Of a stretch of 64,000 nucleotides of DNA, positions 12,519 to 29,859 are shown piece by piece. Origin of the DNA: the human T2T-CHM13v2.0 reference genome, Homo sapiens; NCBI RefSeq assembly GCF_009914755.1, contig NC_060937.1; one strand, given 5' to 3'. The first letter of the stretch is position 1, and every line of letters starts with the position of its first letter. Below the pieces are notes generated by a model that was not told the DNA's origin, did no database searches, and saw only the letters and a program-made list of their open reading frames with translations. Both the position numbers and the translations under genes were made by a program.

Positions 12519-14139
12519 TTAAGTGAAATAACTTAAACAGAAAGCCAAGTACCATATGTTCTCATTTATAAGTGAGAGCTAAATAATATGTACACACACA
12601 CATAGAGAGTAGAATAATAGACATTGGAGTCTAGGAAGTGCAGGAAGGGGGTTAGGGATGAGAAATTACTTAATGGGTACAAGTACACTGTTCAGGTGAT
12701 GTCTCTAACAAAAGCCCAGACTTCACCAATAAGCAATATATCCATGTAACAAAACTGCACTTATATCCCCTAAATCTATTTTTTTAAAGAAATCATAAAA
12801 TAATTTCTGAAAAAATACAAAAAGGAGAATTACCTTGTATTTAAGCTATTTATGTCTGTACCTGTCCCTGCCACACTGTGACTCCAGTTTATTAATTTTA
12901 AAATTCCCTGTGGTGCACAGTACCCACAGAAAACAGGCATTTGGGAAATGTGTGCAAATTGAATATCTGTGTTCTTTGCTAAAAGTTGTTCTTTGCCTAT
13001 CAATAAGGAATAACTAGAGACAGGTAACGTAATTGCTAAATGGAAGGCAAACTGGTAGAGTTTCATTATAAATAAAACTTAGGAAATTCTCAGGTTCTCT
13101 TAATGATAGAAGGCCAAATGCCCCATGCCTGGAGACCTAAAACTTTAGGCACATCCTTCCCCATAAGCAATGGATTTGTGCACGGATGAGCTCTAATTTC
13201 TGGGAGTACTTGTGGAGATTTATCTTTGATGGGCTAGCTCCACAACAGTATAAATATTGCTGATAAAATCATAGTTCATACATCAAGAAAGATAACCGTT
13301 TGTATACCTTGACTAATAAAACAGATACTAATCTCCTGGATGATTTGAATGTAACATAATCAAAAATGCGTTTTTAATTTACTCCTAGATTTTCTGACCC
13401 TATAGCTTATTTCTACATAAATACTAGCATAAGACTGCTTTCTAAGACTCAACCTTTAAACAAAACTAATTATACATCCATTTAAAGATGAAAAATCATG
13501 CAGTCCTTCACAATAAAAAGTGCATTTCTGATCCAAGAGAAAACAACTGCAGTAATGAAAATCCCTAAACTTACTGGAGAGTGTTTCTTTCCGAGAATTG
13601 GTTCCAACTTCATAGAAGTAAGAGGTGCTGAGGTCAGAGTGAGCAGACCGTGTGATTCAAAAGCGTGTATCCAAGCAGCAAATGTACTAGAATTGGGAAG
13701 TATTCAGCAAGGAGGTGTCTCCAGGCAGGTAGGGCTCCATTCCCCAATCAGGCTAAATACTGGCTTTCAGAAATCCACTTGACAACTCTGATTGAGATGA
13801 GATTGCAGTCTGTAAAAGGTCAAGAAAACTTTTATACTCTAGCTACCATGATCACAAAAGTGCCAAAAAGCAGGGACAAAGAATAGGGAGTTTGCAGAAA
13901 AGAAGAAAATGTAATAGCCCTGTCTCCTCCCAAGCATGGTGAAAGGTAAAATGTGGCTGAGAAAAAAAATATTTGTGTCAGGCCTAGATTCTCAGTCTGA
14001 ATTGAAAACAATAGCAATGAGATTGTCCTATACAAAGGCAACGCGTCAGAGGCACCCTGCATAGGCTGTTGTATCTTGTTTTGTAATTCCAAGTAAAAGC
14101 TCTGTTTGGGCATATTTGCTGTAGGATTAGAATCACAGA

Positions 14140-14560
14140 ATGTTTGAGTTAGGTAGGATCTTGGAAACCACCTAGGACACCTCCCATTCCTCCCAATCCC
14201 AACACCTCCTGTCAGTTTTACACACAGGGAAGCTAAAATCCAAAAGCGATGGGACTTGCTCTCTGGCTTAGCTCTGCATTTGAGCTAAAGTATGCCTCCA
14301 GCCTGCAAGCTCAGCTCCCATGGAGACAGGATAGTATGAATATAAAACGCCCCAGATGTGCAGCCAGAAACAGCTGGTGGCTCATTCTGACTCTGCCACT
14401 CATTAGCTGCATGAATAAATCATTGAGCCTCAGTTACCTCGCATGTAAAATGGAAATGACATATGCCACATAGGGAGTTATATTTAGTAAAATGTTATTA
14501 TAAAATTATTATTGTAAAATGCTTAGTATATTGCTTAGCACATAGTAAATGATTATTATT
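14140..14560. mobile_element. Two MIR fragments in opposite orientations
   Basis: ttttacacacagggaagctaaaatcc (minus core); ctgactctgccactcattagctgcatg...gagcctcagttacctcgcatgtaaaatgg (plus core). Confidence 0.65.
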
Positions 14561-14739
14561 CCTCATTCTTTAGCAACATAAATGTATAATGACTCACCTT
14601 GCCAGCTCAGTTGGGTCCCCTTCATACCTTAGCAGAACTTTCATTAGTCCTTAGAGGGTCACTTAACCCTCTTTCTCATTCCCCATCAAATCACTTCAAA
14701 TTCTCATTTATCATATCAATCCCTCTATGTTCTTGCCAA

Positions 14740-16370
14740 CTCACTCCTTTTCATTTTTCCTTCTACCGTGCAAAAAACTTGCCATACATCCTATCAACCC
14801 ATCTTTTTATTTTCTTCTGTTTTACCTTCTAAACATACCTGGCCTTGTCCTTTTGCTAAAGAGACTGGTCCATCCTTTTCCATGCTATTCAGAACCACAT
14901 TCCATTTTTTTCAGCCCTCTCTATTTTCATATCTCACTGTTCCCTTCTTCCTTTCTTCCTTCCTATCCATCAGCCTATAAACTTAAACTTCATTACAAGA
15001 AAAGTTACAATAATTATATTAGTTCCCTCAATTTCCATGAAAATATAGCTCTTTTCCCCTTGTTCTCATTTTGTCTTCTGGTTTGTTTTTTTTACTGTCA
15101 ATTGTCTCCTAAGTACAAGCTGCAGTTGGTCATTGTCTTCTAGTCTGCTTTATCATCTGCCTTCACACTGTAAAGGTGAAGGTCCTAAGAACACCATAGA
15201 CCTCCTTATGTCCAGACTCAAAGGTCTCAATGAACTCTTCACCCTCCTGGATCTCATGGCAGCAACAACACTGCTGGCCACCTGCCCCTCCCTAATGCTC
15301 TCCACCCCTTTACCTGCCAGAGCACCTGGCTGCCCTCCTGCCTCTCTGATCCCACTTTTTCTTGTTGTAGTGGTGGTTGTTTCTGTTAACTCCATAACTG
15401 TTGGATAAGCTCAGAGTTCCATCTTTGGTCATCTTCTCCCTATATTTACCTGCCTTGATGATCTCATTATTGCCCTCTTCCATTGCTCCTTACCTGAATT
15501 CCAGCTCTACTCAGTATCTCTAAAGCACTCCAGACTTAATATATGCATAAAAACACATTTCTGCTCTCATTCCAATTCTACAAGTTTCAGTTAATGGAGC
15601 CTACTAACCCTGTTAGCCAAAGAGCCTGTCTTCCCTCTTCCTTACAGCCCACCTCATCTTCCATATCTAACCAGTCATCACATCCTGCTATTCATCCTTA
15701 GAAATGTCCCCCTCCAGCCCAGGCCAGCATCTCCATGCCCATGGCCTTGGCTTTAGTGGGAACCTCATCATTTCAGAGCTAGAATATTACAAATAGTCTC
15801 CAATGTGGTTTCAACCGATCCTAGCCTTCCCACTTCAGTACAACCTCTATACATTAACCAGAGGTGGAAATAGATTGGAGCATGAATCTGTTCCACCCCT
15901 GGGCTGCAACATAAAACCACCTTCCGTAAACTGACATAAAAGTCTTTTCAGACATGTAATTACCTCCACACCAGGGACTCTAGTCACATGTAGTATCTCA
16001 CCATTCCTAAGCACATTGCCCTTTCACAAATCTTGATCCTACACATTCAAGTCTCATTGCCAGGAATATCATTCCCCTCTATCTCTTCCTGTTACCACCT
16101 TCAGCACCCAATTCAAATGTCACCCATCTCTGTGGGTATCCCTAGACAACCCCAGGCAAAACGTGGCCATGGTACTTTGTTCACACCTATATCAAGCTCT
16201 TACCCTGTGGAATTGTAATAAAACACTTTAATGTGTCTGTCTTGACAGTGGCATTGTCAGTCTTTCACAGCCGGAATTACACTTTTTCACCTTTTATTTC
16301 AGCACCTATTAGAAAGCCTTGACATATTAGGTGATCAAATACACATTTGTGGAATAAATGAATGACTATA
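14740..16370 (+). mobile_element. L2 LINE, long degenerate 3' segment
   Basis: Pyrimidine-rich L2 pattern ending cttgacatattaggtgatcaaatacacatttgtggaataaatgaatga. Confidence 0.65.
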
Positions 16371-17193
16371 TAGTGGAATGTAGCCAATTGAGACTGATGC
16401 TTTTATTGCCCTTTCAATTGTTTTCATGCATAATTGCACTCCTTGTAACCTACAATTAAATGACAAAGTATCCAAACCAATCATTCTAATAACAAAATAT
16501 CAACTTTCCATTCAGAAGATTTTTGGCAGATCAGCAATAGTAGAGGTGGAGGAGAACTGGGAATGGAGAGTGTTTAGGCAGAGATGGCCTCTGCCCACAG
16601 ATGCAGAGTGGCACCGGAGAGCATCCAAACACACCCTGTCAAAACTCCCAACCCTGGATAGGGATTCCAGAAGAAGCTGCCTCATGTCAATAGAAGGGCA
16701 CAGAGGAAGGACCCAATAGTGACAGTCAACTTATCATCATGTATCTCAAATATTCAATTAATTTTCCATTCCATGCAGTGCAACAGAGATTTATGAAGTG
16801 TCAGCTACATTTCAGGCAGTGTGCTAGATCTATAAAATAAAAATAGTTTACATTTGCATAACTATTTTTAATTTTCAAAGTGCTTTCATATACATTAATT
16901 TTGATTTTTATGCTAAATGAAAGTTAGATATTCTAGGAGGCAATCTCATGAAGTAATCCCTCTAACTCTGATATGATAACCAGGGAAGCTGAACTTACTT
17001 AAACTTTGAGATAAGGCCAAATACAAGGATGAAAAATATTTGATTATTCAGGATAAGGCTCTTCTTTCACATTAGTGTGGCAGTGTAACATCATACGCTA
17101 GCCACTGTGCATGTGATCACTATCATCAATCCCTGCCCACAGGTGGCTTCCAATAGAAGATGGAAACAATGCAAGTTTATACACCAAATATAA

Positions 17194-20049
<2,856 letters not shown>

Positions 20050-20530
20050 GGTGTATATTAGAAGTACAAAATGTCGTGGTAGTTTAGAGAAAGGAGAAGC
20101 ACATCCAACTGGGGGAATTAGAAAAAGTTTCATAAAGAAGGTTGCCTTGGGGCTAAGTTTGAAAGAGGAAAAGAATTGGTCAGAGAATCAGCATGAGCCA
20201 AGTTGTAGAACCAGAAATGCCCAGAGTACAGAACAGGAAGCATAATTCTCCTAGTTTTCTGGGAATATGAAAATGATCAGCAAAAAATCTATGAAGGTAA
20301 TCTGAGGCCTTTAAAGAGAGCTTTGAGTAAGTTGCTGAAGAATTTCTGCTTAGTTATATAGACACTGGGGATGATGGAAAGTTTCTGAGGTTAGCATGAG
20401 ATGGTCAGATCTGGGCTTTAAGGAGGGAACTGGATGGAGTTGTAGAGGATAATGCAGAGGCAGAAAGGACTAGAGACAGAGAAAACAGTCTGGAGGCAAC
20501 ATTTGCAGCAGGCAAGTGCAATTTCTATTT
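20050..20530 (-). mobile_element. L2 fragment
   Basis: Purine-rich antisense L2 (gacactggggatgatggaaagtttctgagg...atggtcagatctgggctttaagg). Confidence 0.55.
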
Positions 20531-21029
20531 CATGAGAATAGACTCTGAGGTGCTATAGCTGTCAATAATATAACTATTAACAACCTATGTTTTGAAAATA
20601 GTTATTGTAAGATGGAAAATTCCTACAGCACTTTACAGTTAATCACCATATACTTAATTGGTATCTACAAAGTGCCTAGTGCTATGCTAAATCCAGAGGA
20701 GGAGGAGATGGTCACATGAAAATAAAATAGAAAGTGGTGCACAATGAAAAGACATCAAGGTATCACATAATTATGAGGATCAGACTATATTAGATCAGTT
20801 TGACTACCACGCAAAGAGCTAATTTTATGGGGTTTGGTAGCCAAGAGTAAGACGAAAATGTACATGATTGGTAAGGAATTCATGTTAAAACTTATGATAG
20901 ATGTCGATATATTACATCATGAAAATGTTCACAAGTGAAGACTGCTTGAAGAGCTGAATTAATTGGCTGCCCAAAATAAGAAATAAACTTGAGAGCTGAT
21001 GGTCATGTTCTATTCTTGTCATGAGACAT

Positions 21030-21280
21030 CATTCATTCATTACGTGCCAGGCACTATTCTAAGTAAGTGCTCAGCATATGTGAGTGAACAAAACAAATGT
21101 CCCTGCAGTCTTAAGATTCACAAATAAGTAACATAGTAGCTTTGAGTGTGACAAGTGCTAAGAAAAACAAAAGAAGAACATGGCATGGAGTGGTGGCTGT
21201 AGTGTTGCAATTTTAAATGGGATGGTGGTTAAGGGTGGGCATCCTTTAAAAAACAATATGTGAACAATATGTCACCAGTA
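21030..21280 (-). mobile_element. L2 3' tail fragment
   Basis: cattcattcattacgtgccaggcactattctaag...gtgaacaaaacaaatgtccctgc. Confidence 0.65.
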
Positions 21281-22559
21281 GATCACTGGTAAAGGCTATG
21301 GCTGTAAAAGACTGCTAAAAAAATTTCCACCCATGATGCTGAAGAGTTTGTCATTTGAGATTTAGAAAGTGTCAGCTCAGATTCCAAACTTCTAGAGTAA
21401 AAACAAGGTGAAAGGCATAGCTGGCATCACCTTGAAACTGCAGGTCCACTTAATTGCCGTTGTGTAGAAAGTAACGTGTAAGACATAGCAAAAGACAGCA
21501 GAGTTAAAGCCTGAGCACTGCTCTTTCATTTCCTTTGCCACCTCCCTTTCGCTCTCAATCCTGAACTCTTCCTGTATTTGCACTGTGTGATTGGGCTATT
21601 CTGTTGTATATTCTCAGATTTTAGTTCAAAATAACCAAGTCTTCCAGACTTGATTTTTGCTGTTAATCAAAATTCCTGAACTAAACTCAATGCAGTCAGC
21701 AAGGATATTTTTTAATCCAGAGTTTACAGCAAGGGGAGGGGCACTGTTTGTGAGAGATTAGATATTTATGCATTATGCAAGTTGACAAAGATATAAGTAC
21801 AGAAGAGAACAGAGTACAAGCTTCATGAGACTGAGAAAAACATCTGGGATGCATTTATTACAGCATTAGCCCACAATTATCAGCCTATGTGCAGAGACTA
21901 AATGGAGAAGTAGCCAAAAGACCTCCTGGTACTGGATCTATATCAGCCAACAGACAACTGGGGAAATGTTAATGGATCTGTGAAGAACATAATTTGGCAA
22001 CCTCAGACACTGTATCTCTAATTATAATTCACACACAAGTTGACTTTTATTGGCAATGTTTTTAAACAAGGAAAAAAATAGTAAAAAAAAAATTGGAAAG
22101 AGGCAAAAAGGGAAGATTTGTTTGAAATTGCTTTCCTTTTAAAGTTTCATGGGAATGGAACATTTCAGGCATCTCTGAAGAGTCAAAGCAGCAGTTAATG
22201 TTAAGCAATCCAGTTCTGTACTTGGACATGGTCTAAAATAACTGTGGTGGTTTTCAAATGACGTCTACTCTTAACAGATCTATCCAGAATACTTCAGCTA
22301 TTACTCAATGACTTGGCATAATTAAACTACATCTGATGTAATAAATTGAACGACTTGGAGGAGAGATAAAAGACCACATGCAAAGCCATCGTTGCAGTTT
22401 AATCCTCACCTTTGGTAACTTCACAATGTCAAGTGGTATAACGGGGGGCTATATTTATGCAGGGAGAAGTCTCCTGAGGCTGAGTGGGATGGAAAGAGGA
22501 GGAAGCAGCCAGGGTAGCACATGTCACCAGAAGGACCTGTTAAAAACATGTCACATGTC

Positions 22560-23010
22560 ACTCTGCAGCTTAACACCTTCCCATGGTATCCCTTCAATCC
22601 AGACACATCCAAACTCCTTACAGTGGGTGCCAGGCCCTTAGTGGCCCTGCCCTTGCCTTCCTCTCCTTGCTCACTAGAGTCCTGCCAAGCTGTCTTCCTG
22701 CTGATCTCAAATGTCCCAAGCTCCTTCCCACACCTCTGCACATACTTCTACTTGGTTCACCCCTCAACCCCTCCTATCTTCATGTATCTCATTCCTTATC
22801 ATTCAGAATCTGCTCAAATGTTGCCTCCTCGAGGAGGTCTTGCATCCACTACATATCTGAGCACCAGCTTTATCACCCACATCCCCCAAGGCACGTAAAC
22901 TCAAACCCTGTCCTTGTTTTATTTTTATAGCACTTATCTCCACCTGAAATCATATTGGTTTCTTTTTCACTTGTTCATTTTCTGCCCTCCTAACTACAAC
23001 ATATGCAGAA
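22560..23010 (+). mobile_element. L2 fragment
   Basis: tcattcagaatctgctcaaatgttgcctcctcg...atagcacttatctccacctgaaatcatatt. Confidence 0.65.
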
Positions 23011-23256
23011 ATTGCACTTCCAGATTACCCTTGAAAAACTAGGAAATAATAATTATGTTAAATGCCAGAGAAAGCAGCAAAGATGAGCTAAGGGAAAAAT
23101 TAATATGTAAGCTAATTTAAAATACTCACGTATTTAAGATGGGAAAAAAAAACACATTTCAGAAGCTGTAGAAATATCCTGAAGGAAGTGAATATAGGGA
23201 ATAAAACTAAAATGGTCAAATAACAAGTGTTTAATTAGTACTTATAAGATTTTCTT

Positions 23257-23612
<356 letters not shown>

Positions 23613-23689
23613 TTATCGATGCCTAAATAAATTATTTGGTAGGGAGAGATGGGATAAATAAAAATGAGTAGGAGTTCACCTATCAGACA

Positions 23690-24260
23690 ACTATTAAAAG
23701 TCTATTTTCCAGTCTTATGAAATATTAAGTGTAATAACATTCAGATTTGTCAAGTTGAATAAAATTTAGTACCCAGTGCTCTCATACATTTATGGATGTG
23801 AGCATAAAAAGGTTCAGCTTTTGGAAGATAACATGGAAATGGACGTCAAAATTAAAGCTACTTACTTTCCTTGAATTTATCTATTCCACTCTTAAGAATC
23901 TGTCCATTCCAACTTCTATACTGTTGTAATACCAAACAACATAAATATTCCTCATTTGGTTTGGTTACTAAATTATGATGATTCCTAATGTAGAATACCA
24001 TGCAATAATTAGAAGTCAGATGGAAATTAAATGGCATTATATTTTTAAAATTTTGCATTTTACATAGAGTACATAATCTAGGTTGAAACTTTACTTGCAA
24101 AATATGGAATATATGAATGTGCAGGCAGGTATGCAAAAAAAATTATCTGTAAGAAAACATGGAAATGTCTTAATGCTTTTTGATCCCTCTAGGGAGTTAG
24201 ACTGGAGTGTGAAAAACTTACCTTTCACCTTGTATTTTTCTGTATAATTTAAAAAACTTA
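23690..24260 (+). mobile_element. Old L1ME-type fragment
   Basis: ctctcatacatttatggatgtgagcataaaaaggttcagcttttggaagataacatgg...tattccactcttaagaatctgtcc. Confidence 0.55.
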
Positions 24261-24329
24261 AAAGAACTATTCTGATAATAGAATACAAGCTAATTAATAG
24301 AAAAAGGAAATAAAATAGGAGGCAATTTT

Positions 24330-24880
24330 GTATTGTGATCTGACTCCTGCCTAGCTCATGGCCATTCACCTGTCTCCCACACAGTTCACCTTTGCACACA
24401 CCATTAACTCTTAACAGAAACCTCACCTTCCCCATCCCCCACCTCATAGGGCGGCAAACTAATTCTCCTTTAAGACTAAGCACAGACGCAACTTCATTTT
24501 AGCAGATGTTCCTAACCTCAGGAAACTGAGTACTGTGCCCTCTCTGTGCACTTCCATCCATCTCTGGCTGCTTTACCACACCTTCAGAGAGATGTTTCCT
24601 CCCAACCACGAACTTCAACTTGAAATTGTGGCCATATCACTTCTCTGCAACCATCTTAGTACACACAACTGTCTCAAGATGAACTTTGTTCCCCTAACTT
24701 CAAACACTCTACTACAGATATTTTCAGGAACAACCTGTGCAGGAGGTAATACCGTCTTGTATTTACAATTGAAATTGCCTTAAGCTCTTTAAAGCAAGGA
24801 CTGTGTCTGTTTTGCTCTGTAATTCCCAAATCTATCCATGTCTGGCATACAGTAGGCTTTCAGTGAATACTAGTAAAAAG
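24330..24880 (+). mobile_element. L2 fragments
   Basis: taagctctttaaagcaaggactgtgtctgttttgctctgtaattccc...gtctggcatacagtaggctttcagtgaata. Confidence 0.6.
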
Positions 24881-25780
24881 AAGGATGAAGACTCACGTGG
24901 AAAAGAATCTAAAAAGTTGTTTAAAGTATTTACATTTTAAAGAAGAACCCTTTCAAAAGCAATGCACTAACATCTCAGAAAGTGTTGCCTGTTTGGCGGA
25001 AAAGGTGTTGCCTTCTTGGCATGAGCTTCATGCTGATTCCAGGAGCCTGGACTTTGGAAGGAGAGTCTTAATAAAGGGCAAAGATTAAGAACATCTGTGT
25101 CCTTTTTAACTCAGGTGTCCCCAGGGCATTTTATCAAATTGAAGATCTAAATATGTAGGGTAAAATCTGCCTCAGGTTAGAATTTTCAGTTAGCAGGAAT
25201 TCTCGACAGTTCAGTATGAATGAATCATTGAAAGTTGCAAAAGGACCCCAAAAGAATACAGGAGAAAATAGCTTATTAAAAACGATGAGCAAGGTTTTAT
25301 AGTAGTTGCCATTCTTGAATTTTTTTATTCCACTCATCTGATCATTCGCCAAGTTCTTTTTTATTGTTTTCCTTCTACACAATTTTTAATGTGTTCCTTT
25401 CTGTCTACCCCAGCTCTTTACCATGGCCTAACCATTTCCCTGTCATCTGAACTCTGCAGCATACCCCAGCATCTTCAATTCCCTGCCTTCCTTCATTCTT
25501 CCATTTATTTGGCAAATGTGATTGATCACAAATGATGTATCTGGGGCTTCAGTGGAAGCTGAGCCTGTAACAATAAGCAAGATAGGTAATGATGCCTTTG
25601 CCTTTGGAGCAATATGTTTCAACCACAACAAACTAGTACTTTCTTCAGTTCCAGCTGCTTGAAATCTCCTCCCCACTAGGCTAACCCACAATTTGTTTCA
25701 TGCCTGACTTCCTCCAAATACCTTCTAGAATTTCCACATGCTGTATTAAGTGTCCCATCTTATATTTCCAAGATACCTAT

Positions 25781-26636
25781 TATATCAGGCAAGGTCTTAG
25801 CAGAAAACAATTGGCACACTCAGGGAGGGCACTAGAGGAGGCCTTAATAAACGGACTTGTATTAGTCTGGTCTTATGCTGCTAATAAAGACATACCCATA
25901 GACTGGGTAATTTATAAAGAAAAAGAGATTTAATGGACTCACAGTTCTATGTGGCTGGGGAGGCCTCACAATCATGGTGGAAGGTGAACGAGGAGCAAAG
26001 TCACGTCTTATACGTGGTGGCAGACAAGAAAACTTGTGCAGGGGAACTCCCATTTATAAAACCATCAGATATCGTGAGACTTATTTACTACCACGAGAAC
26101 AGTATGAGGAAACCGCCCCCATGATTCAATTATCTCCACCTGGCCCCGCCCTTGACAGGTGGGGATTATTGCAATTTAAGGTGAGATTTGGGTGGAGACA
26201 CAGCCAAACCATATCAGGACTCTCCAAAATTTGGCCAGGATTAAGGGACAAGGGATAATGTAGTACACTGAGAGTAGCAACATTAGGGAGCTGTTTCTTC
26301 CTCCAAGGTCTGAAGCAGCAGAGGGAAGAGACAACTGCCAAAATCTTGAGAAAGTCGGTGAAATTGTAAGGGAGGACTGCTTAACAGAAGCTGTGGCTGT
26401 AAGTAGAAACCCATCTAACCTGCAGTGACCAGCAGGGAAGAGCCAAGAAATAAACACCCCAGCCTTACGATCCTCCTTTCCTTCCATCTCTTGCTAGTTC
26501 GATCCTTTGATCAAACACCACCTGGAGCCAGAGGGCAAGAGAGCCCTCTGATTCAGCTTGTAGTGATTAACCTCCTAGGGATCAGAGAAAGAGAAGGAGG
26601 TAGAGCTAGAAAGACAAACAGAAAACATCCAACACA
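25781..26636 (-). mobile_element. LTR33-like (ERVL) solo LTR split by THE1
   Basis: tatatcaggcaaggtcttagcagaaaacaattggcacactca ... ggagccagagggcaagagagccc ... caaacagaaaacatccaacaca match the recalled LTR33 antisense. Confidence 0.7.
25858..26216 (-). mobile_element. THE1 (C/D-like) MaLR solo LTR
   Basis: tgtattagtc...gctgctaataaagacataccc...cagccaaaccatatca; perfect 5-bp TSD ggact (25853-25857 / 26217-26221). Confidence 0.95.
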
Positions 26637-27969
26637 ACTTCAATCATTGCATTTATATGGTACAATATCTCTCCCAACTAAACTCTGACTTCAGTGGAAG
26701 AAGGACACATGCCTCTTTGATGCAGGAAATGAGTGGGTACTCAGTAAGCTCACTGACCACAAGAATAAAGTTAGAGTTTTCTTCTACTTATCTTCAATGT
26801 TTTCTTTTTGTTTCTACTTGGAAAAAATGAAGCCACTGAAATACTGCTGTCCTTTAGCCTTCACAGGAGAAATGTCCATCTATGCTTTGTTGGGGTTTAA
26901 TGCATTGAGGGATTTTAAAAATTAAACGTGAACCTTTCTGGGTCACAGAATGGCCGTGTCTCATGCCGCATATTTTAATAAGCATTTTCAAGTCCTAGAA
27001 GCCCGAAGGTCACCTTGCTGGGACTTCTGTCCTGTTGTTAGAGGAACTGTGGGGAGGTCATCACTTACCTCCACCTCGGGAATGACCAGGGTACAAGTAT
27101 GAGCCATCCAGGGCTAGGCACAGCCTTGCTTCCCTTAGCAGGCAAGAAAGGAGCTCGGGCTGCAGGCCTGTTTTCAAGCCTGTTTTGAAACAGCACATGA
27201 TGAAAACATATTAAAATAAAATATTGAAATTTCTAATGCCTTATGAGAAAATCAAATGAAATGTTGATTGTTGGTAAATTTGACATTTAATGGGCCCCTC
27301 CTTCTAGTCAGGAGTGTAGATCAGAATAAGGATGAGGTCTGAGCTCATTTACTTGCCAAAGGCATGCGCTGTACCAGAAGCTCAGGTTGTTCCACTTAAG
27401 TTTATTGTTTTTACCAAGTCAGGCTTTTTTTCCTCTCCAGTGATGCTTAATTTAACCAGAGATTAGACTACTAAGACCTCTGGGAGCAAGAAAGGAACAC
27501 TCCTCAATCGTGATATTTCAGCCAAGGGAACTGAGCCGGAGGGAATGCATTGTCTCCCACAGTCTCCCATGGCTCAAGAAGATTTAATCACCTTCTTTGA
27601 CATCTTCTAAGAACAGCCTTTTAGAAGCTTCACCGAACTTAGCCCCAAAGTCCAATCAGAAGCTTAGATGGGCTTAGTGAAAAGGCAGTTTTTGCTCCTG
27701 CCCCGGGATAAGAGTACAGAGGATATACCAAACACTCCTATGTGGGTTAAGAGCATTTCTGTGGGGCAGCTTCCTTGTGGAGGTGGATTTTTCAAACCTC
27801 CACAAGCCTCTCTCTCAGCAAGTATTCAGCTTCTGATTTCTGGAATGACTGGCCTGTCTGACATTAATAATCACAGCATGTGCTCTACCCACATAATGTT
27901 CTCACCAGTTTAGGAATCTACAGCTCCTTTATGTTCTCATTGGAAAACTCCTCATTGCTTGACTTAAAA

Positions 27970-29380
27970 CAATGTTGATTCATTTTAATAGACATCAATC
28001 AAGCACTTCCCATGTCAAAGCATTGAGATGGGCATTTGGGGAAAGGATGAAAAAAAATGAGGCAGAATCTCTTTCTTTGGGGAACTTACAAATGCCTTGG
28101 GTTGAACAAGAGAGACTCAAATACAGAGCAAGAGGGAAGTGTCTAAGAGAGGGATCAGCTAGAATTGGTATTTAAGCACAGGAGGATGAGAGATTCCCTC
28201 CAACTGGAGCATCTCAGGAAGGACTTTCCAGAGGAGGAATAATTTGCAATGGTCCCAGAAGGAGGTGCTCAAACTTCAGAAGCAGAAACAACTGCAAGCA
28301 AATAGAGTAAACACCATGAACCAATATCTCCTTTAGTAGCCTGATTCAGTCTTCCATTTGTTCATGCAATAAACGTTTATTGAGTGCCTAACTATATGCT
28401 TTTATGGGGGTATAAACATGAGTACGAGTAAGTCCAGTCACAACAAGCTCACAGGCTGGTAGGGGAGGAAAGGTAAACAATAGTTGCTGTAAACTGTGAC
28501 AGCAAATCATAAAAATGCAGCCCAAGGTGGCAGAGATTCTCTGTCTAGGTGGGAATGAAAGGCTTCACAGAGGAAAAGACATTTGGACTGTATCTCAGAG
28601 GATGAGTAAGTGCTTGATACATAGACACAGGAGTAAGGGACAGCTCTGGTGCAAGGAAATGCAAAGGCATGGACACAGGAAATAGAATGGAATGTCTATT
28701 AGGTAACTGCAAGTCAACTAGACTGGCTAGAACATAAGTCTCATGAAAGGGAATGGGAAGGAAATGAAGACAGCCAGGCATAATCAACAAGGCCCTCTGA
28801 TGATGAGCCAAGAAGTTTCAGGTTTTATTTGTGAGCCCTACAGAGTGGTTTTAAGTGAAGGAGTAACGTGTTCTGGTTTACATTTAGAAGAATTGTAGAA
28901 GCTTTATAGAGAGTTGAAGGCATGGGCTGGAGAGGAAAATATTGGTTAGGAGAGAATTGCAAGGGTATAAGGAAGATGATTAGAAGCTGAACTGAGTCAA
29001 ATGCTGTGAATATAGGAGAAATGTGTGAATCGTGAAAAGGTGCAGAGATGCTGCAAGAAGGTCAAGTAAAGTGAGTTCCGGGAGATGCCCAGAGGATTTG
29101 GATATTAGGAGGTCCTCTGTAACCTAAACTCAAGCAGTTTTGATGAAATGATAGGGACTAGAAGCCTCAGAAGGCTGGAAGGTGAGGAAGTGTGCACCAG
29201 GAGCACAAAAGTATCTGTCACAGAGTTTGATGGTGAAGGGAGACAATGACAGTGGACAATAATGAGATGGAGTCGGAATCCGAGGTTGGGGTATCTTTAT
29301 TAAAATGATAGATGTTTTAGCATGTGTCTTTTCTGCTCAAGATAATCTAGTAGAGAGGGAGGTTTGAAAAATGACGTCCA
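27970..29380 (-). mobile_element. L2 fragments (at least two)
   Basis: cattttaatagacatcaatcaagcac; catgcaataaacgtttattgagtgcctaactatatgc; gaaaggcttcacagaggaaaagacatttgga. Confidence 0.7.
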
Positions 29381-29671
29381 AACCCTAAATCAATAGCTAT
29401 ATTTATTTTTTATTGACTTCTAACACCAGACAATATGTATTATCTCATGAACATCAGATGAAAAAGTATCCATGTTTTATTATGTGAAAATGATAAGATG
29501 TTTTTAACACGTCCCACTGTGTTATCTGCTTATTTCTTGTTACACAGCTGTCAAAAACACTGTGGCAAGACACACACTTAGGACATGCCAATTCATTCAT
29601 GTGAGTTTTATTGAAATATAAATATAAGCCTAAGGTGATTGGAAACTCATAGAATGAGGGGAGAGATGCCC

Positions 29672-29826
29672 TTAGAAGCACATTTCTCAAACTTTAATGT
29701 GCAGGCAAATCTGGGCTCTTGTTAAAATGCAGATTCTGATTCAGTAAGAACAGGATGGCACCCAAAATGCTGCATCCAGGTGATGTCAATATTACTAGCC
29801 CAAAGATCACATGCTGAAGAGCAAGA
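29672..29826. mobile_element. MER5A-like hAT-Charlie MITE
   Basis: ttctcaaactttaatgtgca...cttgttaaaatgcagattctgattcagta...ccaggtgatgtc. Confidence 0.75.
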
Positions 29827-29859
29827 CCCTATTTAGTAAGATGTCCCCCTCAGTACCAC

